DNA of 64,000 nucleotides from Escherichia coli (GTDB lineage Bacteria; Pseudomonadota; Gammaproteobacteria; Enterobacterales; Enterobacteriaceae): NCBI RefSeq assembly GCF_013315695.1, contig NZ_CP054353.1; one strand, 5' to 3'. Shown piece by piece: positions 26,295 to 36,632 of this stretch (position 1 is its first letter; each line of letters starts with the position of its first letter). The notes under the pieces were generated by a model. It saw only the letters and a program-made list of their open reading frames with translations, ran no database searches and was not told where the DNA came from. The position numbers and the translations under genes were made by a program.

Positions 26295-27107
26295 ATGGCA
26301 CGCATTATTGTTGTTACTTCGGGCAAAGGGGGTGTTGGTAAGACAACCTCCAGCGCGGCCATCGCCACTGGTTTGGCCCAGAAGGGAAAGAAAACTGTCG
26401 TGATAGATTTTGATATCGGCCTGCGTAATCTCGACCTGATTATGGGTTGTGAACGTCGGGTCGTTTACGATTTCGTCAACGTCATTCAGGGCGATGCAAC
26501 GCTAAATCAGGCGTTAATTAAAGATAAGCGTACTGAAAATCTCTATATTCTTCCGGCATCGCAAACTCGCGATAAAGATGCCCTCACCCGTGAAGGGGTC
26601 GCCAAAGTTCTTGATGATCTGAAAGCGATGGACTTTGAATTTATTGTTTGCGACTCCCCGGCAGGGATTGAGACCGGTGCGCTAATGGCACTCTATTTTG
26701 CAGACGAAGCCATTATTACCACCAACCCGGAAGTCTCCTCAGTACGCGACTCTGACCGTATTTTAGGCATTCTGGCGTCGAAATCACGCCGCGCAGAAAA
26801 TGGCGAAGAGCCTATTAAAGAGCACCTGCTGTTAACGCGCTATAACCCAGGCCGCGTAAGCAGAGGTGACATGCTGAGCATGGAAGATGTGCTGGAGATC
26901 CTGCGCATCAAACTCGTCGGTGTGATCCCTGAGGATCAATCAGTATTGCGCGCCTCTAACCAGGGTGAACCGGTCATTCTCGACATTAACGCCGATGCGG
27001 GTAAAGCCTACGCAGATACCGTAGAACGTCTGTTGGGAGAAGAACGTCCTTTCCGCTTCATTGAAGAAGAGAAGAAAGGCTTCCTCAAACGCTTGTTCGG
27101 AGGATAA
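26295..27107 (+). CDS. minD: septum site-determining ATPase MinD
   Basis: 270 aa; deviant Walker A GKGGVGKTT. Confidence 0.95.
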   Translation: MARIIVVTSGKGGVGKTTSSAAIATGLAQKGKKTVVIDFDIGLRNLDLIMGCERRVVYDFVNVIQGDATLNQALIKDKRTENLYILPASQTRDKDALTREGVAKVLDDLKAMDFEFIVCDSPAGIETGALMALYFADEAIITTNPEVSSVRDSDRILGILASKSRRAENGEEPIKEHLLLTRYNPGRVSRGDMLSMEDVLEILRIKLVGVIPEDQSVLRASNQGEPVILDINADAGKAYADTVERLLGEERPFRFIEEEKKGFLKRLFGG

Positions 27108-27110
27108 GTT

Positions 27111-27377
27111 ATGGCATTACTCGATTTCTTTCTCTCGCGGAAGAAAAACACGGCCAACATTGCAAAAGAACGGCTGCAGATTATTGTTGCTGAACGCCGT
27201 CGCAGCGATGCAGAACCGCATTATCTGCCGCAGTTGCGTAAAGATATTCTTGAGGTCATTTGTAAATACGTACAAATTGATCCTGAGATGGTAACCGTAC
27301 AGCTTGAGCAAAAAGATGGCGATATTTCTATTCTTGAGCTGAACGTGACCTTACCGGAAGCAGAAGAGCTGAAATAA
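27111..27377 (+). CDS. minE: cell division topological specificity factor MinE
   Basis: 88 aa, [31 protein letters not shown]. Confidence 0.95.
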
Positions 27378-27402
27378 GCCCGCTGTAAAAGCGCATTTAT
27401 CT

Positions 27403-27435
27403 TCAAGGCAGAGTCATCTCTGCCTTGAGTTTTTC
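27403..27435 (+). terminator. rho-independent terminator after minE
   Basis: caaggcagag-tcatc-tctgccttg hairpin followed by a T-rich run. Confidence 0.4.
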
Positions 27436-27742
27436 ATCCCCCTCATCCACGTTTGATAAGAGCGGCGAGTATTCTTGCTGATGCTACTCATTGCTTCCCC
27501 CCCTTTACACCTTAATGCCGTTCCCCCCACACAGAACAAATTGTTTATACCTGGCTGAGTAAATAACCTTATTGTTAGTATGGGTATGCTGGGAGATGAT
27601 AACCCCGCAATTTCATTATTCATTGTTCTCCCATAGGATGAGGTTTCCCGCCGTAACTGGCGGGCTTTTTTTGCCGCAGAATTTTCTCTTTTAACATCCT
27701 GTAAACGGAAACTGCGCCGAAGCGCAGTTTAATCGTTGATGG

Positions 27743-28186
27743 TCAGAACGACCAGTTCGCACCAGCCACCGCGTTCCACGGGGATTCCACACCGGCACCA
27801 TGGCTATACCCCACCCCGAGATGCCCGCTTAACGAACTGCTGAATGAGGCTTTAATACCTGCCTGGTATATTCCACGTCTGTCCGACAAATCATTGACAA
27901 AATTACCGTCATTATTCACTTTCACCCGGTTATCATCGACAAATTCTTTGCGCACAGCCGCCTTCAACCACGGCTCAACTTCCATACCGTTACCCAGACG
28001 CATGTTGTAACTCAGCGTTGCGCCCAGTTCACGATATATACTGCGGGTATCGACTGATTTCGACCCCATGCCATTGGATAAATGATAGTAGCGTCTAAGT
28101 GACCTTAGCTCTGCTGCAACATCAGCCCGCAGGCACCAGACCAGGGGATTGATCCTGAAGAGACAGCGCAGGTGTATTGTGTTCAC
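27743..28186 (-). pseudogene. ycgI: autotransporter beta-domain C-terminal fragment (ycgI-like remnant)
   Basis: 147 aa ORF ending ...GANWSF, a typical autotransporter barrel terminus, with no passenger domain or signal peptide upstream. Confidence 0.55.
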
Positions 28187-28662
28187 CGCTCATCAAAGAC
28201 ATCATGATGAAATAATGATATCCCGCATAAGAAAGAGGCATTTTTTAAACGCAGTGCGCTGAAGTGTAGTTGGATAAAAAATCACTCTTTTCTGATAATA
28301 CTGTTGTACGCTTATTTTTCGACAATGAGGCCGTCGGCAAAATAAAATGACTAATGTAATCATTGCTGATGAATATTTTCTGCTCACATAAAAATCACAC
28401 AATAATATTCATAAATCAGATTATCTTACCTTTACAACATTGTATTAACACTCAATGACACTTCTTGAATAAAAATATTGTCAATCAATGAGTTATTTCT
28501 CATTTGAGATTATTCTTATTCCCGTAAAAAACATAATTCCTATCATCACAGTCACGCTCATTTTGAATTATCTGAATAATAGCGAGCGTTCTTTAGTTAA
28601 GCCGATCTTAATTGAAGACGAAATTATTGTGTGTGCAACTTACTTAATACCGGACATCTAAG

Positions 28663-29007
28663 TTGAAGAAAAAAATACTTGCCTTCGGGCTTATCTCAGC
28701 ATTGTTCTGCTCCACGCCAGCGATGGCGGATATGAATCGCACCACGAAAGGTGCATTGCTAGGCGCAGGCGTTGGTTTACTTACTGGCAATGGTGTTAAT
28801 GGCGTACTGAAAGGTGCAGCTGTTGGCGCTGGTGTTGGTGCAGTAACAGAAAAAGGCCGCGACGGTAAAAATGCGCGTAAAGGTGCAAAAGTGGGTGCCG
28901 CCGTTGGTGCTGTCACTGGCGTTCTGACCGGCAATGGCCTCGAAGGGGCGATTAAAGGTGCCGTGATTGGCGGTACGGGTGGTGCAATTCTGGGTAAAAT
29001 GAAATAA
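28663..29007 (+). CDS. ymgG: glycine-zipper protein YmgG
   Basis: 114 aa; signal peptide then GxxxG-rich repeats; TTG start. Confidence 0.8.
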
Positions 29008-29010
29008 GGA

Positions 29011-29346
29011 ATGATGATGAAAAAATTTGCTTTACTGGCGGGTCTGTTTGTTTTCGCACCAATGACCTGGGCGCAGGACTATAATATTAAAAACGGTTTG
29101 CCGTCAGAAACCTATATTACTTGCGCAGAAGCCAACGAAATGGCAAAAACTGACAGCGCACAGGTTGCAGAAATTGTTGCGGTAATGGGTAATGCCAGCG
29201 TTGCCAGCCGTGATTTAAAAATTGAGCAATCTCCGGAACTGAGCGCCAAAGTGGTAGAAAAACTGAATCAGGTTTGCGCTAAAGACCCGCAAATGCTGTT
29301 GATCACGGCAATTGATGACACCATGCGTGCTATCGGCAAAAAATAA
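29011..29346 (+). CDS. ymgD: periplasmic protein YmgD
   Basis: 111 aa with signal peptide; matches YmgD; start uncertain by two Met codons. Confidence 0.8.
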   Translation: MMMKKFALLAGLFVFAPMTWAQDYNIKNGLPSETYITCAEANEMAKTDSAQVAEIVAVMGNASVASRDLKIEQSPELSAKVVEKLNQVCAKDPQMLLITAIDDTMRAIGKK

Positions 29347-29359
29347 TATTTAATATGTT

Positions 29360-29390
29360 ACCGCGTCGATGAAATCGACGCGGTTTTTTA
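29360..29390. terminator. bidirectional terminator between ymgD and ycgH
   Basis: accgcgtcgat-gaaa-tcgacgcgg hairpin followed by TTTTTT. Confidence 0.45.
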
Positions 29391-29401
29391 GCTAACGGGG
29401 A

Positions 29402-32050
29402 TCAGAACTTATATTTCAGGCCCACCATCACTGCGGTGTCATTGTAGCCATTATCACCCAGCAGCACGCCCACATTACCCCAGACACTGGCCGCCGGATT
29501 CAGATTGCCATTTACGCCAAGTTTGATTTCCCCCAGATTACGCGCCCCGTCTTGTTCAACTTTCACACCGTTCATTGAGACAGCAAAATCTTTACTGTTA
29601 TGGATCCAGTTCATTTCAACAAAAGGTTCAAAGTCGTCACCGTGAGGACCGCTGTTTTTCTCCTGAGTACGAATAAAGGTGCGGAAACCAAGTCGGGTCT
29701 GGAAGTTGTTATTTGCGTCATTCTCAATACGTGAGCCATTGGCTTCCGTGTGCGCATTATGATCGACGCCCATCCAGATAGCCTGTGCCTGTGGCTGGAA
29801 GATCCACGTATATTTCGCCGCTTCCAGACCAAAGGATTTATTCAGGGCAAAGCCGTAACCCGCTTCCAGCGAGACGGTTGCGCCTTTCGCGCTATAGGAT
29901 TCATAGGCTAACTCATCCCCTTTCACCGAGTTTTTAAACCAGCTATATTGCGCCCAGGCGTCAATGTATGCGCCTTTTTTACTGATGTCATCGGCAAACC
30001 AGGTGGCATACAGCCCTGCGCTATAGCCTCTGACACTCCCTTTCGAACGATAATCCGACACGCTGGAATGAGTTGAGTTGTAGTCGCGGGCATAACCAGC
30101 CATCACTCCCAAACGCCAACTGTCACTGTCGGTAAAACCACCGGTTAACAGATCCGCCCCTAACTGCGAGACGTAGCGATGCGAGGTCGTTCTCAACTGT
30201 CCGTTGCTGTCACGCCAGGCATTATGCCCGCCAATTTGACGTAGCCAAAGTCGGCTTGAACGCTCCTGTTCAGTTACAGGATCGATGTAGCGCGTTTCAC
30301 CTGCACGATCGTTCAGACGCATAACAAAAAGAGTGTTAGCGGCTGCCAGGTTGGCGACGTAACTTCCAGCTTCGGGGCGCAGAACGGGGGTAGGCGCAAC
30401 AGTAGGCGCTGAACTTCCTCCGGAGTTTGTTTCACCGCCGCTCGTTGCCTGGAAGTTAGTCAGATACCAGTTTTTATTGGTCGCTTCGGTATTACCTCGG
30501 GTTAATGAATATTCGTAGGCACCGGCGAAAATCCTCGAATCCTTAATAAATTCCCCATTTGATTCCCCCTCAACGCTGATAATCTCTATCCCATTTAACG
30601 TGTAAGCCCCGCTGCCCCCAGCATTGGTAACTTTTACTCGGGTTGTTCCGGAGGTATTTCCATTAATAACAACTTTATCAGTAGCTGAATTATCATCACC
30701 CAATTCAGTTCTGAGATGCAATACGCCATTATTACCAACGTAATTTTCAGTTATTGTTAACCTTGTTGGTTCGAAATCCTTTCCATCTGCCCGGGAAATA
30801 TAGACCGTACTATTGTCAACCGTGAGCTTGCTCACCGTTGAGTCAGTTTTAATATCCCAGGTACTATTATCTGAAAGCGACAGATAGGTATGAGTGCTAT
30901 CATCTGTTGAAAGATTGGCTGAACCCGTTATTTTTGAATTAGATGCATCGATGGCCAAATGACCTTTAATATTATTAATAAAAACATCTGCAGCCGATGA
31001 TACCTCACTATCCGTAATGGTCACGTTACTCGTCTCATTTTTATTGTAGAGGATTTCATTTGCTGACCGTAGTGAGCTACCAGATAAAATATCTACCGTT
31101 GCTTCCTGACCATTTATGGAAGACTCCAGCACAAATCCAGCCCCCTGATGCGCGACTGCAGATGTATTTTTCAGCGTCACCTTGCCGCCATTATAAATTT
31201 TAGCAATCGCGGCGTCAGGACCCGTTGTATGAATTTCTCCCTGGTTAAATGAAACAGTCCCCTGGCGAGCAGCGATGGCATGAGCATTGTCCCCATGCGT
31301 GGTAATATCAACATCGGTTAATGTAACGCTGGCATTGGTATAATCAAGCTTGCTACCCGCCTTGACGACAGTGCCATTAGCGTAAGCGGCATAACTTTCT
31401 GTTCCGTGGGTTGTTATCTCCCCTTTTGCCATATCCAGTTTTGCTTTGGCGTTATTTTCATTACTTCCTGTATCGGCAGTACTTTCTTCATCAAGAGAAG
31501 ATACACACGCACGCGCGCTTCCGGGAGATGCACAAGCAAGAACGCCGACTGCGTGATTACCCGCAGTAACAATAAAAGTATTACCTTCGTCAGATAAATG
31601 GGGGTTAACCGAACCGTCAGTGTTGACTCTTATTATGGTATCAGTATTCAGGTTTCCATTCGTTTGACTTAGCAAACCAATTGAGTAATCCCCCGTCGTG
31701 ACAATCGTATTATTACCCTGCAAAATAACTGCACCGCCATATTCACTTACGACTGCGCTAGCTGTATATACTGTGCTTAGAGGACTATTGCCAGAAGGAT
31801 ATAAACCACCCGTTGTTACAATGACGCCTTTGTTAATGGTTAAATTGCTACCCTCTCCTGCAACAGATACCCCGTAACTTCCATTACCCGTTGTTATAAC
31901 TAGCGCATTATCAATATCTTTTACTTCTCCATCTTTTATTGCCACAGCATGTTTATATTCATCGTACTGAATAAACTGTTCAGCATATGCATTACCCACC
32001 GCCAAAGCAATAAGTCCCAAACTAAACCCGGGGAGTTTTTTCAGTTTCAT
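29402..32050 (-). CDS. ycgH: autotransporter (type Va) protein, intact: passenger plus C-terminal beta-barrel
   Basis: 882 aa with signal peptide, Ser/Thr/Gly/Asn-rich passenger and a barrel ending ...MVGLKYKF; K-12 ycgH is a pseudogene by recall. Confidence 0.8.
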   Translation of the reverse strand: MKLKKLPGFSLGLIALAVGNAYAEQFIQYDEYKHAVAIKDGEVKDIDNALVITTGNGSYGVSVAGEGSNLTINKGVIVTTGGLYPSGNSPLSTVYTASAVVSEYGGAVILQGNNTIVTTGDYSIGLLSQTNGNLNTDTIIRVNTDGSVNPHLSDEGNTFIVTAGNHAVGVLACASPGSARACVSSLDEESTADTGSNENNAKAKLDMAKGEITTHGTESYAAYANGTVVKAGSKLDYTNASVTLTDVDITTHGDNAHAIAARQGTVSFNQGEIHTTGPDAAIAKIYNGGKVTLKNTSAVAHQGAGFVLESSINGQEATVDILSGSSLRSANEILYNKNETSNVTITDSEVSSAADVFINNIKGHLAIDASNSKITGSANLSTDDSTHTYLSLSDNSTWDIKTDSTVSKLTVDNSTVYISRADGKDFEPTRLTITENYVGNNGVLHLRTELGDDNSATDKVVINGNTSGTTRVKVTNAGGSGAYTLNGIEIISVEGESNGEFIKDSRIFAGAYEYSLTRGNTEATNKNWYLTNFQATSGGETNSGGSSAPTVAPTPVLRPEAGSYVANLAAANTLFVMRLNDRAGETRYIDPVTEQERSSRLWLRQIGGHNAWRDSNGQLRTTSHRYVSQLGADLLTGGFTDSDSWRLGVMAGYARDYNSTHSSVSDYRSKGSVRGYSAGLYATWFADDISKKGAYIDAWAQYSWFKNSVKGDELAYESYSAKGATVSLEAGYGFALNKSFGLEAAKYTWIFQPQAQAIWMGVDHNAHTEANGSRIENDANNNFQTRLGFRTFIRTQEKNSGPHGDDFEPFVEMNWIHNSKDFAVSMNGVKVEQDGARNLGEIKLGVNGNLNPAASVWGNVGVLLGDNGYNDTAVMVGLKYKF

Positions 32051-32541
32051 AGATTAACCATCCATTCATTGGATTAACAAACATTCCTGGTCAAATAACC
32101 TATGAGTTCAGATTACCAAAACGGAGGGTAAAGACAAAAACAAAAGCACAAGAAATTTAAATAGATAAACAGCGACAATACATAAATGATAAATAAGTCA
32201 GCATTATCATTTTTCACCTTATTTTCATGACATTGATCACTTTGGAGTGACGAATTTGTTTAACAAATAACTCTTCGACATCAAAATTATTAATAGTTGC
32301 CATTGGAATTATTTCGATGATATATAAAAACAACTGTGATAACACCAGGGTTGACAACTATTTGCGCAATAATACCTTTCCTTCAATGATCCAGGCGTTC
32401 ACTGCCAGCAACCCATTCAGCCGCATACTGACAGTGAGAAACTGAAAGTTTAGTGCTGATCCCTGTGGCTGACGAGTCTTTCCCTTAATCGATTAACCAG
32501 ATTGATCGCCAGCCAAACAAGGGCATTAAGCAAATTTATCG

Positions 32542-33456
32542 TCACAAGCACTTTGGATTTGCCCCTATATTATCACTTAACCCATTACAAGCCCGCTGCC
32601 GCAGATATTCCCGTGGCGAGCGATAACCCAGCGCACTATGCGGATGCCATTCGTTATAATGCTCGAACGCCTCTGCAAGGTTCTTTGCTGCCGTTAACCC
32701 GTCTGGTTTGGGCATGATACTGATGTAGTCACGCTTTATCGTTTTCACGAAGCTCTCTGCTATTCCGTTACTCTCCGGACTCCGCACCGCCGTGTTCTTC
32801 GGTTCAAGTCCCAACATCCGGGCGAACTGGCGTGTTTCATTAGCCCGGTAGCATGAACCATTATCCGTCAGCCACTCCACTGGAGACGACGGAAGATCGT
32901 TGCCGAAGCGGCGTTCCACCGCTCCCAGCATGACGTCCTGTACTGTTTCACTGTTGAAGCCGCCGGTAGTGACCGCCCAGTGCAGTGCCTCACGATCACT
33001 GCAGTCCAGCGCGAACGTGACACGCAGTCTCTCTCCGTTATCACAGCAGAACTCGAACCCGTCAGAGCACCATCGCTGATTGCTTTCTTTCACGGCCACT
33101 CTGCCTGTATGTGCCCGTTTCGATGGCGGTACAGCAGGTTTTCGCTCAAGCAACAGCGCATTCTGGCGCATGATCCGGTAAACACGTTTGGCATTGATCG
33201 CAGGCATACCATCAAGTTCTGCCTGTCTGCGAAGCAGCGCCCATACCCGACGATAACCATACGTGGGCAGCTCTCCGATAACATGGTGTATACGGAGAAG
33301 CACATCCGTATCATCAGTGTGACGACTGCGGCGGCCATCCATCCAGTCATCGGTTCGTCTGAGAATGACGTGCAACTGCGCACGCGACACCCGGAGACAA
33401 CGGCTGACTAAGCTTACTCCCCATCCCCGGGCAATAAGGGCGCGTGCGCTATCCAC
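32542..33456 (-). CDS. insD: IS2 transposase OrfB (InsD; DDE integrase domain); C-terminus runs through the right inverted repeat to a stop 12 bp beyond the IS end
   Basis: 304 aa [33 protein letters not shown]... matching IS2 InsD. Confidence 0.85.
32549..32553. repeat. IS2 target-site duplication, copy 1 (CACTT)
   Basis: Identical 5-mer abuts both IS2 ends. Confidence 0.8.
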
Positions 33457-33870
33457 TTTTTTGCCCGTCCATATTCAACGGCTTCTTTGAGGAGTTCATT
33501 TTCCATCGTTTTCTTGCCGAGCAGGCGCTGGAGTTCTTTAATCTGCTTCATGGCGGCAGCAAGTTCAGAGGCAGGAACAACCTGTTCTCCGGCGGCGACA
33601 GCAGTAAGACTTCCTTCCTGGTATTGCTTACGCCAGAGAAATAACTGGCTGGCTGCTACACCATGTTGCCGGGCAACGAGGGAGACCGTCATCCCCGGTT
33701 CAAAGCTCTGCTGAACAATTGCGATCTTTTCCTGTGTGGTACGCCGTCTGCGTTTCTCCGGTCCTAAGACATCAATCATCTGCTCTCCAATGACTAGTCT
33801 AAAAACTAGTATTAAGACTATCACTTAAATAAGTGATACTGGTTGTCTGGAGATTCAGGGGGCCAGTCTA
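32554..33870 (-). mobile_element. IS2 (IS3 family) insertion sequence
   Basis: Contains insC and insD; left inverted repeat TAGACTGGCCCCCTGAATCTCCAGACAACC at 33870 (reverse); right end TGGATTTGCCCC at 32554; flanked by 5-bp direct repeats CACTT. Confidence 0.9.
33414..33779 (-). CDS. insC: IS2 transposase OrfA (InsC, helix-turn-helix)
   Basis: 121 aa from [26 protein letters not shown]. Confidence 0.85.
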
Positions 33871-33875
33871 CACTT
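33871..33875. repeat. IS2 target-site duplication, copy 2 (CACTT)
   Basis: Identical 5-mer abuts both IS2 ends. Confidence 0.8.
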
Positions 33876-34121
33876 CTCCCAGCCCGGTACTGGGTTTTGC
33901 AATAAGGATGACCAGGAGAGTGATCAGCATAAATGCAATGGAAAAGATGATATAGAGAGTGAAATAATCCAGATTATTACTATTGTTCATGCTACTAATG
34001 GCAATCCTGTCAAAACTTTCAAACAATTATAGCAAACAAAATAATGAACAATAGTAACAAGAGGCAACGAGCTAATTAGCTGTCTATAATTACACCGCAC
34101 CATGGCCTTACTGATCAATTT

Positions 34122-35645
34122 TCACTCAACCACAACCTTCACCTTCGGTTTAGAAAGGATAATTTTGACCAGGTCGATGTATGTAACAGGTTTATAGAAA
34201 TAATAACCCTGCTGAAATGTGATATTATTTTGGTTCAGATAATCAAGTTGTTCTTTCGTTTCGACACCTTCAGCGACGATACTGATCGAAAGTTTACGCG
34301 CCAGATCCAATACACAATCCAGAATTCGGGTTGATTCTGGGTCTGCGTTGACGCGGCCAACGAAACTGTGATCAATTTTGATATAATCAATATGCAGGTC
34401 ATGCAGATAAGAAAGCCCTGAGTAGCCAGTACCGAAATCATCCAGCGCGATGACAAAACCATTTTCATGCAGAATGTTCAACCGCTGAACCAGACTTTCA
34501 TCAACATTTAATGGCTCACGCTCGGTGACTTCCAGAACGAGGTTTAAATCGCGGCGGGTAAAACTGTCACGGTAATTTAAGCACTCGTCGACAAACGTCG
34601 GCGAAATAATATGCGAGGCGCTAAAATTAATTCCAATATGAAAACCTTCCGGCAGTTTACTCGAGATAGCGTTCATCTGTCTGGCAACCTGATTCATCAG
34701 GCTTTGCGTAAGCGGAACGATTAATCCGGATTTTTCAGCAAGTGGAATAAATGCCGCGGGTGATATATATCCACCGTGAAGTTGTTTCCAGCGGGCTAAC
34801 ACCTCAACTCCCCGCAATGTCCCTTCCCGACCATTTACCACAGGTTGGTAAAAAGGGACGATCTCCCCATTATTTATTGCCCGTCGCAGGATCTCTTCAG
34901 GCGTTGCGCATTTATTGAAATACCTATCAAGCAGCAAAGCAGCGGCGCAGGCGATTAACAGAATAAATATCAAAATCCCAAAGCCTTTATCGATAAGTCT
35001 GTAGAAGCTAAAGAGTGGCGGCGGGTTAAAGATAATAGTGAAATGATATTTTGTGGAGTGAACCTTCTCGGTATAGGGATAATGTCCATTAAGCGTCATC
35101 ACATCACCCGTTGGTCCAATAATGTCATCCGCCACGCGTAATACATACCTTACCCCTTTCAAGGGTACATTAAGCGCCCCGCGAATATGCTGATCACTTA
35201 TCGTAACCAAAATGCGCGTATCTGCAAATTGGCTCTGATAGAGCAGGATAGGTAATCTATTAACGGTGTCGATTGCCGGAGCCAACAGTAAATTACTGTC
35301 CGGGACAACAGGAATACGAGACAGCAGGACCCGATTCCCCGGTAAGGATGTACACCAGACCGTTCCCTGTTTGAGAATGATGATTGTGCGCAGGTGAGGT
35401 TTCAGAGCTGCTTCAGTGCCAAGCTGATATTGCTCCTCGAGGTCGCATTCCTTCCCGGCAATGTTAACCGCTGTTTGAGTCGCCTGTGACGCTTCTTCAA
35501 GTATATGATTGATATTGTTGGCGGCATATCTCGCTCCTGCCAGGTACTCTGCTTTTGCGGAATACCAGAGCTGGATGTTCAAAATAGCGACACCGGTTAT
35601 AAACAAGCATATCGCAACGAGGATGGGTATGAGTGTATTGCGCAT
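34122..35645 (-). CDS. pdeG: c-di-GMP phosphodiesterase (CSS sensor plus EAL domain)
   Basis: 507 aa from MRNTLIPILVAICLF; EAL-domain motifs in the C-terminal half; matches YcgG/PdeG. Confidence 0.85.
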   Translation of the reverse strand: MRNTLIPILVAICLFITGVAILNIQLWYSAKAEYLAGARYAANNINHILEEASQATQTAVNIAGKECDLEEQYQLGTEAALKPHLRTIIILKQGTVWCTSLPGNRVLLSRIPVVPDSNLLLAPAIDTVNRLPILLYQSQFADTRILVTISDQHIRGALNVPLKGVRYVLRVADDIIGPTGDVMTLNGHYPYTEKVHSTKYHFTIIFNPPPLFSFYRLIDKGFGILIFILLIACAAALLLDRYFNKCATPEEILRRAINNGEIVPFYQPVVNGREGTLRGVEVLARWKQLHGGYISPAAFIPLAEKSGLIVPLTQSLMNQVARQMNAISSKLPEGFHIGINFSASHIISPTFVDECLNYRDSFTRRDLNLVLEVTEREPLNVDESLVQRLNILHENGFVIALDDFGTGYSGLSYLHDLHIDYIKIDHSFVGRVNADPESTRILDCVLDLARKLSISIVAEGVETKEQLDYLNQNNITFQQGYYFYKPVTYIDLVKIILSKPKVKVVVE

Positions 35646-35828
35646 TTGCTTGTCCCGGCCAAAGGGTTTAATACATGAAAATGCCATTCATTCGCTCGCG
35701 CTGGCATCTACAGAGAGCATGGTAGAGAGCATAAGAAATATCCACGCCGAAGATAAAATTTTCTCCATCTTGATCTAACCCATTAATTATTGAGCATAAT
35801 GTAGATAGAATAAAATAAATTAGGCGGG

Positions 35829-35882
35829 ATATCAGGTGTCAAGAATGGAGAGCGAGAACTCTCCATTCTTGACACCTGATAT
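35829..35882. repeat. perfect 24-bp inverted repeat with 6-nt loop between ymgC and pdeG
   Basis: atatcaggtgtcaagaatggagag / cgagaa / ctctccattcttgacacctgatat; arms are exact reverse complements. Confidence 0.8.
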
Positions 35883-35976
35883 TGCGGACATATTAAGAAA
35901 GCATAACGCCTGAAATGCTCACTTTGCACCAGCATGGTAATACAGCTGATGTTTATTCTATAACCTTACTCAAGTT

Positions 35977-36225
35977 CTAAGAGATCACGGATTCCCTGTC
36001 ATTAATAATGATATCCGTTAGTGTAGTCTTATGCATTTCAATGTACTGCAATATTTGCAGATAGAGATCAGAAAGAATCACACTGGTTTCATCTTTTAAA
36101 CGCAAGCGTAAAGCCTGATCAATAATATAACTATCAACATACCCATGCGTCATGAACACCTCCCTCTCGAGATTTTTAAACAAAGCACATTGCAAAATAA
36201 ATCTCTCTGGGATTGAATTATTCAT
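35977..36225 (-). CDS. ymgC: YmgC protein (ycgZ-ymgA-ariR-ymgC operon)
   Basis: 82 aa matching YmgC. Confidence 0.8.
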   Translation of the reverse strand: MNNSIPERFILQCALFKNLEREVFMTHGYVDSYIIDQALRLRLKDETSVILSDLYLQILQYIEMHKTTLTDIIINDRESVIS

Positions 36226-36337
36226 GTCAGCCTCGTAGAAATATTAACCCAATAAAATTATGCTGTGTATAGTCTAAAGCGACAGACAAAAATAAGATGA
36301 ATGAGTTTTCTATAAATTTATACTTAATAATTAAAAG

Positions 36338-36604
36338 TCACATATCATCCGCTGTGTATCGCAACACGATTTCCAGTGTTTTTCTGATCACATCAGCTTT
36401 GAGGATATCATTTGTTGTTTCCAGGGAGTGTATCAGACTTAAGATAATATTTTTATTATTAACATTATCGCCTGAAAGCATTAAATTGGTGACAGCCTGC
36501 CCTAACACAGCTGACTCTTCTTCTAACAAATTACCCGAACTGCGAAAGTAACTTGATAACGCTTTATCAGCTATTGCATTATGAATAGTAGTATCTTCAA
36601 GCAT
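36338..36604 (-). CDS. ariR: connector protein AriR (YmgB), regulator of acid resistance and biofilm
   Basis: 88 aa matching AriR. Confidence 0.85.
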   Translation of the reverse strand: MLEDTTIHNAIADKALSSYFRSSGNLLEEESAVLGQAVTNLMLSGDNVNNKNIILSLIHSLETTNDILKADVIRKTLEIVLRYTADDM

Positions 36605-36632
36605 AGTAACCTCTCATCTTACTTATGAAATT

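Larger units (their letters stand above)
32450..33990 (-). pseudogene. ymgF: ymgF interrupted by IS2 (5' part 33871..33990, 3' part 32450..32548)
   Basis: MNNSNNLDYFTLYIIFSIAFMLITLLVILIAKPSTGLGEV runs straight into the IS2 end (TAG); the reading frame resumes after the IS as [32 protein letters not shown]. Confidence 0.7.

Noticed and set aside
27414-27623. 69-aa minus-strand ORF between minE and ycgI as a real gene (ymgI/ymgJ-like)
   Set aside because: No recognisable similarity or ribosome-binding site; the region also holds a plus-strand terminator-like hairpin (27647-27672); left unannotated.
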